The translations under genes and the position numbers were made by a program. Of a DNA stretch of 55,143 nucleotides, positions 8,184 through 17,235 are shown piece by piece. Where the stretch lies: positions 1 to 55,143 of the IMG/VR virus record IMGVR_UViG_3300033153_005039. One strand, written 5' to 3'. Below the pieces are notes generated by a model. That model was given only the letters and a program-made list of their open reading frames with translations. It searched no databases and was not told where the DNA came from. The number at the start of each line of letters is the position of its first letter. Positions within the stretch are counted from its first letter, which is position 1. This stretch comes from a virus (Duplodnaviria > Caudoviricetes).

Positions 8184-8262
8184 ACGAAGATATCAAGAAT
8201 CTACTAGCTGATTGCTTTGACGAAAACGGCAAATTGAAACCTGATAGGGAGCGTGAGGCGTG

Positions 8263-8589
8263 ATGGAAGAACAGATTGACTCCAATAAGGGTGTTCACTT
8301 ATTCAAAAAACAACGAGAAGTCATCTGGTGTATCGATCTTGCGGCGCGACTGTCGGCGCATTTACCTGAGCACTATTCAGTAGCGGTCGAGATGGAAAAC
8401 GATGACGGCGTAAACGTTTGGATGATTCACATTCATTTTAGCCCACCAGAAGTCGGCGGTCGGTACGAGCTCAGGGTATTGGATTTCTATGCCGGACGCG
8501 ATGAAGCGGATATTGTCGAGGCAGTTACACAGGAAATTGATAAGTTCAAATCCCTGATGACCCAATACGGAAAGGAGCGTAAGATATGA
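8263..8589 (+). CDS. hypothetical protein
   Basis: GGAGCGT RBS. Confidence 0.65.
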   Translation: MEEQIDSNKGVHLFKKQREVIWCIDLAARLSAHLPEHYSVAVEMENDDGVNVWMIHIHFSPPEVGGRYELRVLDFYAGRDEADIVEAVTQEIDKFKSLMTQYGKERKI

Positions 8590-8792
8590 CTGACAAAGAA
8601 GCGAGAGGCAAGAAGGCGAGAGAAATTCTAGTAGCGCATCTAAGGAAAATCGCTGACGGAATCGAGAGCGAAAGCATGGAGCTAGAAGCATGGGCAATCA
8701 GCGATGATTGCATTTTCAATACGCCGATGCTGGGAATGCCTACGCCGACTGATAGACGAAAGCTGGAAATCACAGTATCTGTGAAATATTAA
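8586..8792 (+). CDS. hypothetical protein
   Basis: AAAGGAGCGT RBS; ATGA overlap. Confidence 0.65.
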   Translation: MTDKEARGKKAREILVAHLRKIADGIESESMELEAWAISDDCIFNTPMLGMPTPTDRRKLEITVSVKY

Positions 8793-8807
8793 CGCAGCGA
8801 ATTTCCG

Positions 8808-8816
8808 TGCTATAAT
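8808..8816 (+). promoter_or_regulatory. extended -10 promoter positioned for a leaderless terL mRNA
   Basis: TGcTATAAT, 6 nt, then ATG 8823; no SD sequence. Confidence 0.65.
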
Positions 8817-8822
8817 TAATCC

Positions 8823-10220
8823 ATGACCGCCATCCAACAGGCACAAGATCACTACGGGCTAATCGAACCGTGGCGTCTCGCGATCTGGAATACTATCGGA
8901 TTCAAGATGCATCCGGGGCAGGCTCGCGGACTGAAATCATTCCTTGAGCATGACTTCACCTGGATTTGCGCCGGCGGTCGTGGCGGAAAGTCATCACTCA
9001 TCGCGGCAATTATATACTCTGAATTCGTTCGCACACCCGACACTGTAGCAGAGGGTGAACGCTGGCCCAAACAAATCCTCATCCTTGCACCCCAGTACAA
9101 GCAGGCGCGAATCATCTTCGGGATGGTCTACCGCCTCGTAAAGAAATTCGGCATCCCCTTGAAAACGGATCGATTCAGTGAGCAGGCGATGGAACTCGAA
9201 TCAACATGGGGCGCACTCCTGATGTGCATGACCGGACGTAACAAGGATGCATGGGCTGGATTCAACTGGGATTTTGTCGTTGTCGATGAGGCTCCGATAT
9301 TCCGCGATGGGAAAGCTTTCGAAGAGATAATATTCCCGACGCTGTTAGATGAGCAGGGTAAATTCCTCGCAATCGGCACACCGGATTACCCCGGTTCGTT
9401 CTCCCATACCTGGATGCTGGACGGGCTCGATCCCGCCGTGGAGGACTGGGGCTTTGCTCACTGGACAACAATTGATAATTGGTTCATACCCCATGCAGAG
9501 GAGTGGATCGATAAGCGACGGCGCACGACCCCCGATGATATTATTCGACGGCGTTACTTTGCCGAATACGTGAGCCGTTCCGGTCTGGTCTATCCTGAGT
9601 ACCTGCAATGCGTCCACGACTTCACAGCCCCCACCAGTGGACGTTATAACCGCGCCATTGACTTCGGGTTCATTAATCCGTTCGCGTGCCTTGTCGTGCC
9701 CCGTGTGAGCGATGAGTTCTACGTCGTGGATGAAATATTTGAAACGCAGATGAATAAGAGCGAACTCGCGCCGATGCTTAGAGCCCAGGATCATGAGCAC
9801 CCGTTTAAGAGGTCCAGCTTCAATGTGTGCGACCCTGCCGATCCCGAAGGAATTGATTACTTCGGCAAATGGATAGACCCCAAGGGAGGCCGTATCAAGG
9901 GCGTGTGGGTCCGTGATTATTCCAAGGGCGGTATCATGGACCGGATAGATTTCGTGCGCCGTATGATGACCTCAGGGCTCGTACACATACACCCACGGTG
10001 CAGAGAGCTTGTACGTGAGTACTCAGTTTATGCATACCCTGAAAAGAAGGTCGCTAAGAATATTTCAGAGAAGCCGGTCGATTCCGATAACCACGGCATC
10101 AAGGGATTCGAGTATTTGACAGAGTATTTATTTAGTGGTACATTCGATTTGAATATGGATTCGATTCAAGCTGGCGGGAAACGTAAGAGTGCGCGGATAT
10201 TAAAGGGTTATAATGGCTAA
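8823..10220 (+). CDS. terL: terminase large subunit
   Basis: Walker A GGRGGKS, Walker B VVVDEA, motif III IGTP, nuclease motif AIDFG..NPFA, C-terminal D.DNH. Confidence 0.95.
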   Translation: MTAIQQAQDHYGLIEPWRLAIWNTIGFKMHPGQARGLKSFLEHDFTWICAGGRGGKSSLIAAIIYSEFVRTPDTVAEGERWPKQILILAPQYKQARIIFGMVYRLVKKFGIPLKTDRFSEQAMELESTWGALLMCMTGRNKDAWAGFNWDFVVVDEAPIFRDGKAFEEIIFPTLLDEQGKFLAIGTPDYPGSFSHTWMLDGLDPAVEDWGFAHWTTIDNWFIPHAEEWIDKRRRTTPDDIIRRRYFAEYVSRSGLVYPEYLQCVHDFTAPTSGRYNRAIDFGFINPFACLVVPRVSDEFYVVDEIFETQMNKSELAPMLRAQDHEHPFKRSSFNVCDPADPEGIDYFGKWIDPKGGRIKGVWVRDYSKGGIMDRIDFVRRMMTSGLVHIHPRCRELVREYSVYAYPEKKVAKNISEKPVDSDNHGIKGFEYLTEYLFSGTFDLNMDSIQAGGKRKSARILKGYNG

Positions 10221-12528
10221 AGCCAAGTCTGAAAAAAAGAAATCGATGCCCTCCCTTGAAGCCGCAAAGCTACTCGCGGCACAGCCCCCGAAATCTTTAA
10301 AAAGGCAGATCAGGAACCTGCTCGGAGTACTATCATCGCCTGAGAAAGCGCACGATGTCTGGGCAGCCCTGCTTTCATACCTTCCCAATCCTGATAAAAT
10401 CCTTGAAACTGCTGGAGCGGATGAAAACGTTCGCTTCTATGACAGCATGGTCGATAGTGACAGCCATCTTGCCGGGTTAATCAACACCCGCATGGATGCC
10501 GTCACTGGTTTGGACTGGGAGATCATACCCGCCAGTGAAGAGGACAAGGATGTCGAGATTGCCGATTTTGTCCGGGATCAGTTCCTGAACATCTTTGAAT
10601 TCGAGAACGATCTCGAAGAACTCATGGGCGCGGTCCGTACCGGGTACTCGGTATCTGAAATCGTATGGGAGCGGCAGGACTCAAAGATCGGCGTCGTTGC
10701 TTTATTATCACGCAGACCTGAAAGATTCAGGTTCGATAACGATTACCAGCTTAGATTAAGGACGAAAGACAACTGGCATATCGGCGAACCAGTCCCGCCG
10801 AATAAATTTATTGTTCACAGAAACAGGATGCGCTACGAAGGCCCGTATGGTGTCAGTGCGTGTCGTGCCGCTTACTGGGCATGGCGATTCAAACATGAGG
10901 GCTTCCAGTGGTGGATCGTGGCTGCTGAAAGGAACGCGGTGCCTACACCTGTCGGGGCGTATCCTGCAGGATGGGATGCGGACCAGCAAAACGATTTCAT
11001 GAACCGGCTCGTGGGTTTCCAGAACGATAACGCGATCATTTACGAGATTGGCGCGGAAATAAACATGATCGCGACGAAAACGGACCCGCAACTGAATGAA
11101 AAACTACGAGATGCCTGCAATGAAGAAATGGCATGGGCTATCATCGGTTCGACTCATGCGACGGGCACCGGGGCAAAAGGCGGCGGATCATACGCGCTTG
11201 CCCGTGAGCATGGCACTGTCCGCCAGGATATTCTGGAACGCGACTCGAAGCGTTTGATGTCCACGATCAACAACCAACTCGTAACGCCGCTGGTCCTATT
11301 TAATTACTTCGAGCCCGAGAATGGCTATCCACGGTTCAGATTGATGTGCGAACCCCCGGCTGATCGTAAATTAGAGACTGAAATCACTGAGAAAGCGGTC
11401 AAGATGGGCATCGAAGTGGATGAGCGTATTGCTACAGAGAAGATGGGAATCAAGGTTGCAGAGGATGGCGCGAAAGCAATTGAGGGTCCTACTACCGGAT
11501 TTGGTAATGATGAATTTCCAGCAGGCGAACTCAGCGAAAAGAAATCTTATCCCGTCACTATCGAACTAGCGTCGGCGGCGGAGAAGGAAGGGAATCGAAA
11601 CGTCAAGATAATGGACAAGCTGGGCGATGCGGCAGTTGAATACGGCACACCTGCGATGGAGAAGACGGCGGATCAGTTCAAGGACTGGCTCAAAACGCAG
11701 GCAACGCTCGAATCCGCCCTGGGCAATCTGAACTATTTCAGTTTCAGCCCGGACCCACTAGCAAGTAATCTCACCGATATTAATTTCTGGAACCTGCTCT
11801 GGGGCTATCATGAAGTGTTCCGGGATAAGCGGATAACAAAGAATCTGTCACGGCAGACCAAGAACATATTCGGCCTGAAACGTACCGTTGAACTGCCAAT
11901 ACAGCTACAATCGGCGCAATATAAGCCGTTACGACCCGATGAGGCCATTAAATTATTCGAGAAACGGAAAGTGCTGGACAGGGAGCAGTTCGATCTATTA
12001 CTGGACTATGCACGACAGGAATCATTCACTGCGGCAGGGATCACCCTTGACACGCTCGATAAAAAACTTAAACCTGCAATGATCGAGGCGTTGAGTGAGG
12101 GACAAACCCTGTCGCAATTTACAAAGGCGGTCGATGATATTCTGGTCACACCGGGACATATCGAGGTCGTATACCGCACAAACATGATCGCAGCGTACAA
12201 TCAGGGGCATACTGACGCTTATTTCGACCCGTTAGTGGCCGATTCGATCCCCGCGATACAATTCATTGCCGTGATCGATGACAGGACCACGGATATTTGC
12301 GAGAGCCTTGACGGTCAGATATTCTTGAAGGGTGATGCTCTCGGAGCACAGCTTACGCCTCCGCTTCATTATCAGTGCAGGTCAACGACGGTCCCGGTGT
12401 TCAGTGATGAGTTCGCTAAGGTATCCGGTGACAAGGTGTTCGACCCGTCCGTGATGAGCCGATGGCCTGAGAAAGCACAGCCATTACCGGGATTCGGGTA
12501 TTTCAGACCCGTCGTGAACAAAGTTTAA
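10213..12528 (+). CDS. Mu gp29-like (DUF935) portal fused to a Mu gpF/SPP1 gp7-like minor head domain
   Basis: N-terminal DSHLAG..NTRM..V....WEI, GYSVSEIVW, YALAREH..VR; C-terminal VYRTN...AYNQG, AVIDDRTT.IC..LDG, PPLHYQCRST; one 771-aa ORF. Confidence 0.9.
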   Translation: MAKAKSEKKKSMPSLEAAKLLAAQPPKSLKRQIRNLLGVLSSPEKAHDVWAALLSYLPNPDKILETAGADENVRFYDSMVDSDSHLAGLINTRMDAVTGLDWEIIPASEEDKDVEIADFVRDQFLNIFEFENDLEELMGAVRTGYSVSEIVWERQDSKIGVVALLSRRPERFRFDNDYQLRLRTKDNWHIGEPVPPNKFIVHRNRMRYEGPYGVSACRAAYWAWRFKHEGFQWWIVAAERNAVPTPVGAYPAGWDADQQNDFMNRLVGFQNDNAIIYEIGAEINMIATKTDPQLNEKLRDACNEEMAWAIIGSTHATGTGAKGGGSYALAREHGTVRQDILERDSKRLMSTINNQLVTPLVLFNYFEPENGYPRFRLMCEPPADRKLETEITEKAVKMGIEVDERIATEKMGIKVAEDGAKAIEGPTTGFGNDEFPAGELSEKKSYPVTIELASAAEKEGNRNVKIMDKLGDAAVEYGTPAMEKTADQFKDWLKTQATLESALGNLNYFSFSPDPLASNLTDINFWNLLWGYHEVFRDKRITKNLSRQTKNIFGLKRTVELPIQLQSAQYKPLRPDEAIKLFEKRKVLDREQFDLLLDYARQESFTAAGITLDTLDKKLKPAMIEALSEGQTLSQFTKAVDDILVTPGHIEVVYRTNMIAAYNQGHTDAYFDPLVADSIPAIQFIAVIDDRTTDICESLDGQIFLKGDALGAQLTPPLHYQCRSTTVPVFSDEFAKVSGDKVFDPSVMSRWPEKAQPLPGFGYFRPVVNKV

Positions 12529-12540
12529 GGAGCGTACAGA

Positions 12541-12840
12541 ATGACACACGTAGAAACACATGAATTTCTAAGCCAAACAAAGGATGAGCGAATTGCAGCG
12601 CTTGAGCAATTGCTTGTCAAAGAGCGGGCGATATCTGAATCCCTCAGGAAGCCATACGTCCCAAAATGGACGACAATCGAGCTAAGTGGTGGCAGCGCAT
12701 ATCAGTACATGATCGATGACCACTGCATCCGACTCAAGGGCAACTGGATTAATCCTGCGATGTGTACTTGGCTTGGCCAGAATGGAACTCGCCTAATTGA
12801 AGAGCATTGCGCACAGCTTGATAAGGAGCGTACAGAATGA
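12541..12840 (+). CDS. hypothetical protein inserted in the head module
   Basis: Flanked by a 19-bp direct repeat that contains the RBS. Confidence 0.7.
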   Translation: MTHVETHEFLSQTKDERIAALEQLLVKERAISESLRKPYVPKWTTIELSGGSAYQYMIDDHCIRLKGNWINPAMCTWLGQNGTRLIEEHCAQLDKERTE

Positions 12841-13136
12841 ACGATGAAGCACGTGCGGAAGAAGCAGTGCGTTTTGCAAAAGACAGTTCGCCGCATCTTG
12901 AATCGCTAAAAGAGCTTGCAGAAAAGGTCGGAGCCAGTATTGATACTCGCTCCAATCCAGTAACGAAGAAGCGGTACATTTTGATTAGCGGTGATGGAAT
13001 CCCCTTCCTCGACGGCATCAGAATCGAGTTCACCTATGAAGCGTATCGTCTGATAAATGCCGCGCTTCAAGGTCAGGCATGGTATAACGAATTGACCGAA
13101 AAGATTCATACAGGATGCCAATTGAATAAAGTTTAA
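12837..13136 (+). CDS. hypothetical protein
   Basis: TAAGGAGCGT RBS; ATGA overlap. Confidence 0.7.
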   Translation: MNDEARAEEAVRFAKDSSPHLESLKELAEKVGASIDTRSNPVTKKRYILISGDGIPFLDGIRIEFTYEAYRLINAALQGQAWYNELTEKIHTGCQLNKV

Positions 13137-13309
13137 TGAGCAATGAAGATTACAGAAAATTACAGCAGGCCCATGAAAAAATACTTATTGAAAACATGGA
13201 TGCACTTGACAACCTCAATGTAAAGGTTGTATCTTCAAAGATAGAGCTGAGTGAGAAGTACGGCTGGCGATACGTTATCATTCTCCAGTCGGACGATTCT
13301 AAAAACTGA
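13136..13309 (+). CDS. hypothetical protein (57 aa, not in ORF track)
   Basis: TAATG overlap; open frame MSNEDYRK...SKN. Confidence 0.5.
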   Translation: MSNEDYRKLQQAHEKILIENMDALDNLNVKVVSSKIELSEKYGWRYVIILQSDDSKN

Positions 13310-13351
13310 TTCATGCCCGGTCCATTGCGGACGGCGCGAAAAGTCCCACGT

Positions 13352-13374
13352 GGCACTCTAACGAGTGTCTTTTT
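13352..13374 (+). terminator. possible intrinsic terminator before the protease gene
   Basis: GGCACTC-taac-GAGTGTC followed by T5. Confidence 0.55.
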
Positions 13375-13391
13375 GCATTAGGGAGAAAAAT

Positions 13392-14699
13392 ATGGCTGAA
13401 CACTGGATGGAAATACTACGACCCGGTGAATGGAATGGATACGATTTCACCGCCACTTATATCCGTGATCTGCAAGCCAGTTATGATCCTGCCGAAATTG
13501 AAGCTCCCATCGTTGTCGGACACCCGGACCCTTTCGGCGGCGAGCGACCCGCTTATGGATGGGTGCAGAAACTTGAAATCAGGAAGCAGGCCGGGGCTGA
13601 AACCGACGATGATATCAGTCTTTGGGCACTTACCGACCTCGGTGAAGAAGCAGAGGGCATGATCCGGGAGCGCAAGTTCCCAAAGCGATCCGTCGGCGTC
13701 CTGGACCGAAAAGGAATCCCATATTTAAGGCATGTCGCGTTACTCGGAGCATCGAACCCCGCAGTGTCGAGTCTCGAAAAAGTCGAGTTAAAGGATTCAT
13801 TCACAGCCGATGACGGGATACTGGTCACGCTTGCATTCAGCGACAAAATGATCGAGCTGATATGGGAAAGTAAGGACAAGGAATACTGGTACAGGCGCAG
13901 GCCACCGACCAGATTTGAAAAAGAATCCTTCCGTAGCGTTGATATCAAGGGCATCAAGGGTGTCAGGGCCGTGATGGGAAAATTAAAGAGTCAATATGTA
14001 CCGGAGGGCGGCAAAGCCGGATCGATGGTCATTCAGGCTCTCCGTTTTGATAAAAAGGAGTTCGACCTCGCCAAAGCTAAGGCGTGGGTCACATCTCACA
14101 AAAAGGAGTTATCTAACATGAGTGAAACAATCACTCTCGATTCGCAAGAAGAGCTAATCCAGCTCAAGGCGGAAAACGTGAAGCTTGCAGCTCGGAATAC
14201 TAAGGCTGAAGAAGAAGCCAAAGAGCTGAAAGAAAAAGCGAAAGCAGCCGAGGCCGAACTTGAGATCATTCATCTGGCAAAACTTGAAGGCGAATATGAG
14301 CACGAACTCAACGCCCTGATCGAAGACGGCAACGGTGTCCCGGCGTATATCGAAGCCGGAGTCCATAAAGCACTTGTCGCTGTCGATGGGATCGAGGTCG
14401 AGCTCAAGGACGGCAAGAAGGAAAAGGCCAGTACTATCTTCCTCAACGTTCTGAAAGCGATGCCGAAGGTCATTGAGACGAGCGAGATCAGCAAGACCAC
14501 CACGGATGTCACGCTCTCGGACGCTATCCCCAAGGATAAGAAATTCGGCAATGCAATGGCCGGATACGAGGCCGACGGCAAGAAGGTAGTCAATCTGAAT
14601 GCTGTCGAATTGGCGAACAAGATCGAGAAGGAAGAAGGACTGTCGCCAAAGGACGCGGCTGCAAGGGCACTGACTCTCATTTCACAGGGAGGTAACTAA
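13392..14699 (+). CDS. Mu gpI-like prohead protease with C-terminal scaffold
   Basis: EILRPGEW..YDP...APIVVGHP...PAYGWV, KRSV, LRHVALLGA.NPAV; coiled-coil C-terminus; lies between portal and capsid. Confidence 0.88.
   Translation: MAEHWMEILRPGEWNGYDFTATYIRDLQASYDPAEIEAPIVVGHPDPFGGERPAYGWVQKLEIRKQAGAETDDDISLWALTDLGEEAEGMIRERKFPKRSVGVLDRKGIPYLRHVALLGASNPAVSSLEKVELKDSFTADDGILVTLAFSDKMIELIWESKDKEYWYRRRPPTRFEKESFRSVDIKGIKGVRAVMGKLKSQYVPEGGKAGSMVIQALRFDKKEFDLAKAKAWVTSHKKELSNMSETITLDSQEELIQLKAENVKLAARNTKAEEEAKELKEKAKAAEAELEIIHLAKLEGEYEHELNALIEDGNGVPAYIEAGVHKALVAVDGIEVELKDGKKEKASTIFLNVLKAMPKVIETSEISKTTTDVTLSDAIPKDKKFGNAMAGYEADGKKVVNLNAVELANKIEKEEGLSPKDAAARALTLISQGGN
14118..14699 (+). CDS. nested scaffolding protein (in-frame internal start, Mu gpZ-like)
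   Basis: AAAAGGAG RBS before in-frame ATG 14118; E/K/A-rich coiled coil. Confidence 0.7.
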   Translation: MSETITLDSQEELIQLKAENVKLAARNTKAEEEAKELKEKAKAAEAELEIIHLAKLEGEYEHELNALIEDGNGVPAYIEAGVHKALVAVDGIEVELKDGKKEKASTIFLNVLKAMPKVIETSEISKTTTDVTLSDAIPKDKKFGNAMAGYEADGKKVVNLNAVELANKIEKEEGLSPKDAAARALTLISQGGN

Positions 14700-14701
14700 C
14701 A

Positions 14702-15142
14702 ATGGTCGATTACGAAAGCGACTACATGCGTGACAGAGGTCACAAATGCAAGAAATCCGGGCAGGGTATGGGGAAGGAATTTGTCGCGGGTGAAGCGATC
14801 ACCCAGGGCACGTTCGTTCAGTTTTCCGGTGCCGACGATATCACTGTCGTAACCGGAGGCGCAGCCGGACCAATTATCGGAATCGCAATGGATACGGTAA
14901 ATACTGGCGATACCATTGAAGTCCAGATGGATGGATTCCACTGGATCATCGTAGGAACCGCAGCCGATCTCGTACCCGGTGACTGGGTTATGTCCGATGC
15001 GAGTGGTATGGCAGTTGAGTACATATGTCCGGCTGCCGGTAATGAGACCACGCTTGGCGGATACATCCTCTCGACACCAACTGACGATGAAGATTGTGTC
15101 TGCATGAAAATCCAACTTGACCGGATATGTTCGGTTGCATAA
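14702..15142 (+). CDS. capsid decoration/cement protein (DUF2190-like), copy 1
   Basis: AGEAITQGTFV...IIGIA..TV..GDTIEV..G...GDWV.SDASG.A; lies between scaffold and capsid. Confidence 0.8.
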   Translation: MVDYESDYMRDRGHKCKKSGQGMGKEFVAGEAITQGTFVQFSGADDITVVTGGAAGPIIGIAMDTVNTGDTIEVQMDGFHWIIVGTAADLVPGDWVMSDASGMAVEYICPAAGNETTLGGYILSTPTDDEDCVCMKIQLDRICSVA

Positions 15143-15155
15143 GGAGGACCATTAA

Positions 15156-15614
15156 ATGTCACCAAATTATTCAAGTGATTACATGCGTGACCGTGGTCAT
15201 TCCTGTAAAAAGTCTGACCAGGGCATGGGTAAAGAGTTCGTTGCCGGAGTAGGTGGTGTCGTACAGGGAACATTTGTAATGTTTGCCGGTACTGATGACA
15301 TCACCGTTATTGATTGCACACTCAACGGTCCCTTGATCGGCGTTGCAATGGACACGGTTGACGAAGGCGATACTGTCGAAGTTCAAATGGACGGCTATCA
15401 CTGGATTCAGATCGGGTCCGTAGGTGATGGACTCGTTGCAGGCGACTGGGTTGTATCCTCCGCTGTTGGCGGACTGGCGGCCCCGTTTGTTTGCCCCGAC
15501 GCTGGTTTTACAACAGTAATGGGCGGATACATCCTTTCTACTCCGGAAGAGAGCGAGGACTGTGTTTGCTTAAAGATTCAGCCAAAGGTGGCTTGCGAAA
15601 TTCAGCGAGGATAA
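15156..15614 (+). CDS. capsid decoration/cement protein (DUF2190-like), copy 2
   Basis: Full-length paralog of 14702..15142 (shares SDYMRDRGH.CKKS.QGMGKEFVAG and GGYILSTP). Confidence 0.8.
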   Translation: MSPNYSSDYMRDRGHSCKKSDQGMGKEFVAGVGGVVQGTFVMFAGTDDITVIDCTLNGPLIGVAMDTVDEGDTVEVQMDGYHWIQIGSVGDGLVAGDWVVSSAVGGLAAPFVCPDAGFTTVMGGYILSTPEESEDCVCLKIQPKVACEIQRG

Positions 15615-15656
15615 AGGCCAATGCGCCGATTTAAAATAATTTAAGGAGAAAACAAC

Positions 15657-16640
15657 ATGAGTTCAGGACAAAGCACCCCTGGAATCTATGAAGTCCATAT
15701 CGATGCCGTAATGACCAACTTGATGGCACGATTAATGGATGGCGGCGATTACGTCGTCAATCAGGCGTGGCCGATCATAAAGGTGAAGAAAGAGCGTGAT
15801 GCGTATTTCGTCGATAATGATCGTGGTCACCTGAATCCGAAAGGTCCGGACACTTTCCGGGCAGCGGGTATGGTCGCCCAGAACTTTGACTTTCATGTCG
15901 AGACTGATTATTACGAGTGTGTCGAACACGCTCTGAAACGTCCCGTACCGGATCGCGTCCGCGAGAACGCCGACGAACCGCTTAAGGGCGAACTGGATGC
16001 GGTTGAGAAGATGTGTCGGGCAGTCAGCCTGAAATTCGAGATGGAATTTCATGATTTCGCCTTCACCATCGGGAACTACCTCGCAAACAACATCATTGTC
16101 GCGACGGCACCGTGGAGCAACACCGCAACGTCAACACCGGAGCAGGATATCGATCTTGCTAAGGTCGCAATTCTGGAGTCGGCTGGCGTGGTCGCGAACA
16201 CTATCATCATTCCTGAGAACATCTATCGGGACTTGAAAGTCCATCCGGATGTCGTCCAGTACATGGCCGGTTATTCCGCCGCCGAGAATCGGTTACAGAC
16301 AGGTAATCTATTCCCGTACCTGTACGGCTTGAAGGTAATCGTCCCCGGTGTCATCTACGATGCCGCGAATCCGTGTCAGGACGCTGACATCCAGTTACTC
16401 TACGATGAGTGCGATGTTGTCGTGTTCTACAAGGAAGACAATCCCGGCGTGACTACCGCGACATGGGGCGGACAGTTCCGGCATATCCGAAACGGTGAGG
16501 GTCCTTGCCGTGTCAGGAAATGGCGTGATGATCCTGCCGAGGCCAACGTAGTCGAGGTTTCCGTGTTGAATCATCCCAAAGAGATCAACCAGGGAGCCGG
16601 AGCGATTGTCACAGGTCTTTGCACCACAGGAACCAGTTAA
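15657..16640 (+). CDS. major capsid protein
   Basis: 327 aa; HIDAVMTNL N-terminus, P.I.V.K, W......P..DI..A...I....G...NT; position; strong RBS. Confidence 0.88.
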   Translation: MSSGQSTPGIYEVHIDAVMTNLMARLMDGGDYVVNQAWPIIKVKKERDAYFVDNDRGHLNPKGPDTFRAAGMVAQNFDFHVETDYYECVEHALKRPVPDRVRENADEPLKGELDAVEKMCRAVSLKFEMEFHDFAFTIGNYLANNIIVATAPWSNTATSTPEQDIDLAKVAILESAGVVANTIIIPENIYRDLKVHPDVVQYMAGYSAAENRLQTGNLFPYLYGLKVIVPGVIYDAANPCQDADIQLLYDECDVVVFYKEDNPGVTTATWGGQFRHIRNGEGPCRVRKWRDDPAEANVVEVSVLNHPKEINQGAGAIVTGLCTTGTS

Positions 16641-16659
16641 AAAAAGGAGCGTGTAGATA

Positions 16660-17235
16660 ATGAGTACAATAGTAACTTATCAGGCTATTTATCGCATAGG
16701 CCCAGTCAAAGTCTCAAAGGGTCATGCTGGAATGCAGTCCCGGAAAGTTAACGAAACGTTCACTCTCAACATTGATGATCCGCTTGAGAGGGCGTTGCGT
16801 GACCGGCTACAGAAATTGGGCGCGATATTGCCGATCAATGAACCTGATCTTCCAATTGTTCAGGGGCAGGTGGATGAGCCTGCCCCTGTTGTCGTGGAAG
16901 TATCGGAGCCGCCAGAGTATTCCGAGCCTATTGAGGGCATAACTCCTGAGCATATTCCGGAATCCACTGAGACTGATTACGTCCCAGGTTCCGGGGTACA
17001 AACCAAGCCACTCGATGAACCCATCGATACCCTGATCGATATTCTCACGCCTGAAATCGTGGACACTTTGGAACGCTCCGGCGTTAAGACAATCCGCGAT
17101 CTAGAACGGCGTGAGGACAATGCACTCAGGAATATTGGTGGAATCGGTGCCAAGCGTCTGAAAAACCTCCGCGAAGCTTACAATGAACGCAAAGTGGAGG
17201 AGATGAAGGCAGATGGCGCGGTATCTCACGATTAG
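16660..17235 (+). CDS. protein with C-terminal RNAP alpha-CTD-like helix-hairpin-helix domain
   Basis: LTPEIVDTLERSGVKTIRDL....NALRNIGGIGAKRLKNL preceded by a P/E-rich linker. Confidence 0.75.
   Translation: MSTIVTYQAIYRIGPVKVSKGHAGMQSRKVNETFTLNIDDPLERALRDRLQKLGAILPINEPDLPIVQGQVDEPAPVVVEVSEPPEYSEPIEGITPEHIPESTETDYVPGSGVQTKPLDEPIDTLIDILTPEIVDTLERSGVKTIRDLERREDNALRNIGGIGAKRLKNLREAYNERKVEEMKADGAVSHD

Noticed and set aside
13206-13235. TTGACA-18-TATCTT as a late promoter
   Set aside because: It lies inside a probable small ORF, has a weak -10 and 18-bp spacing, and is followed by a terminator-like hairpin; support is insufficient.
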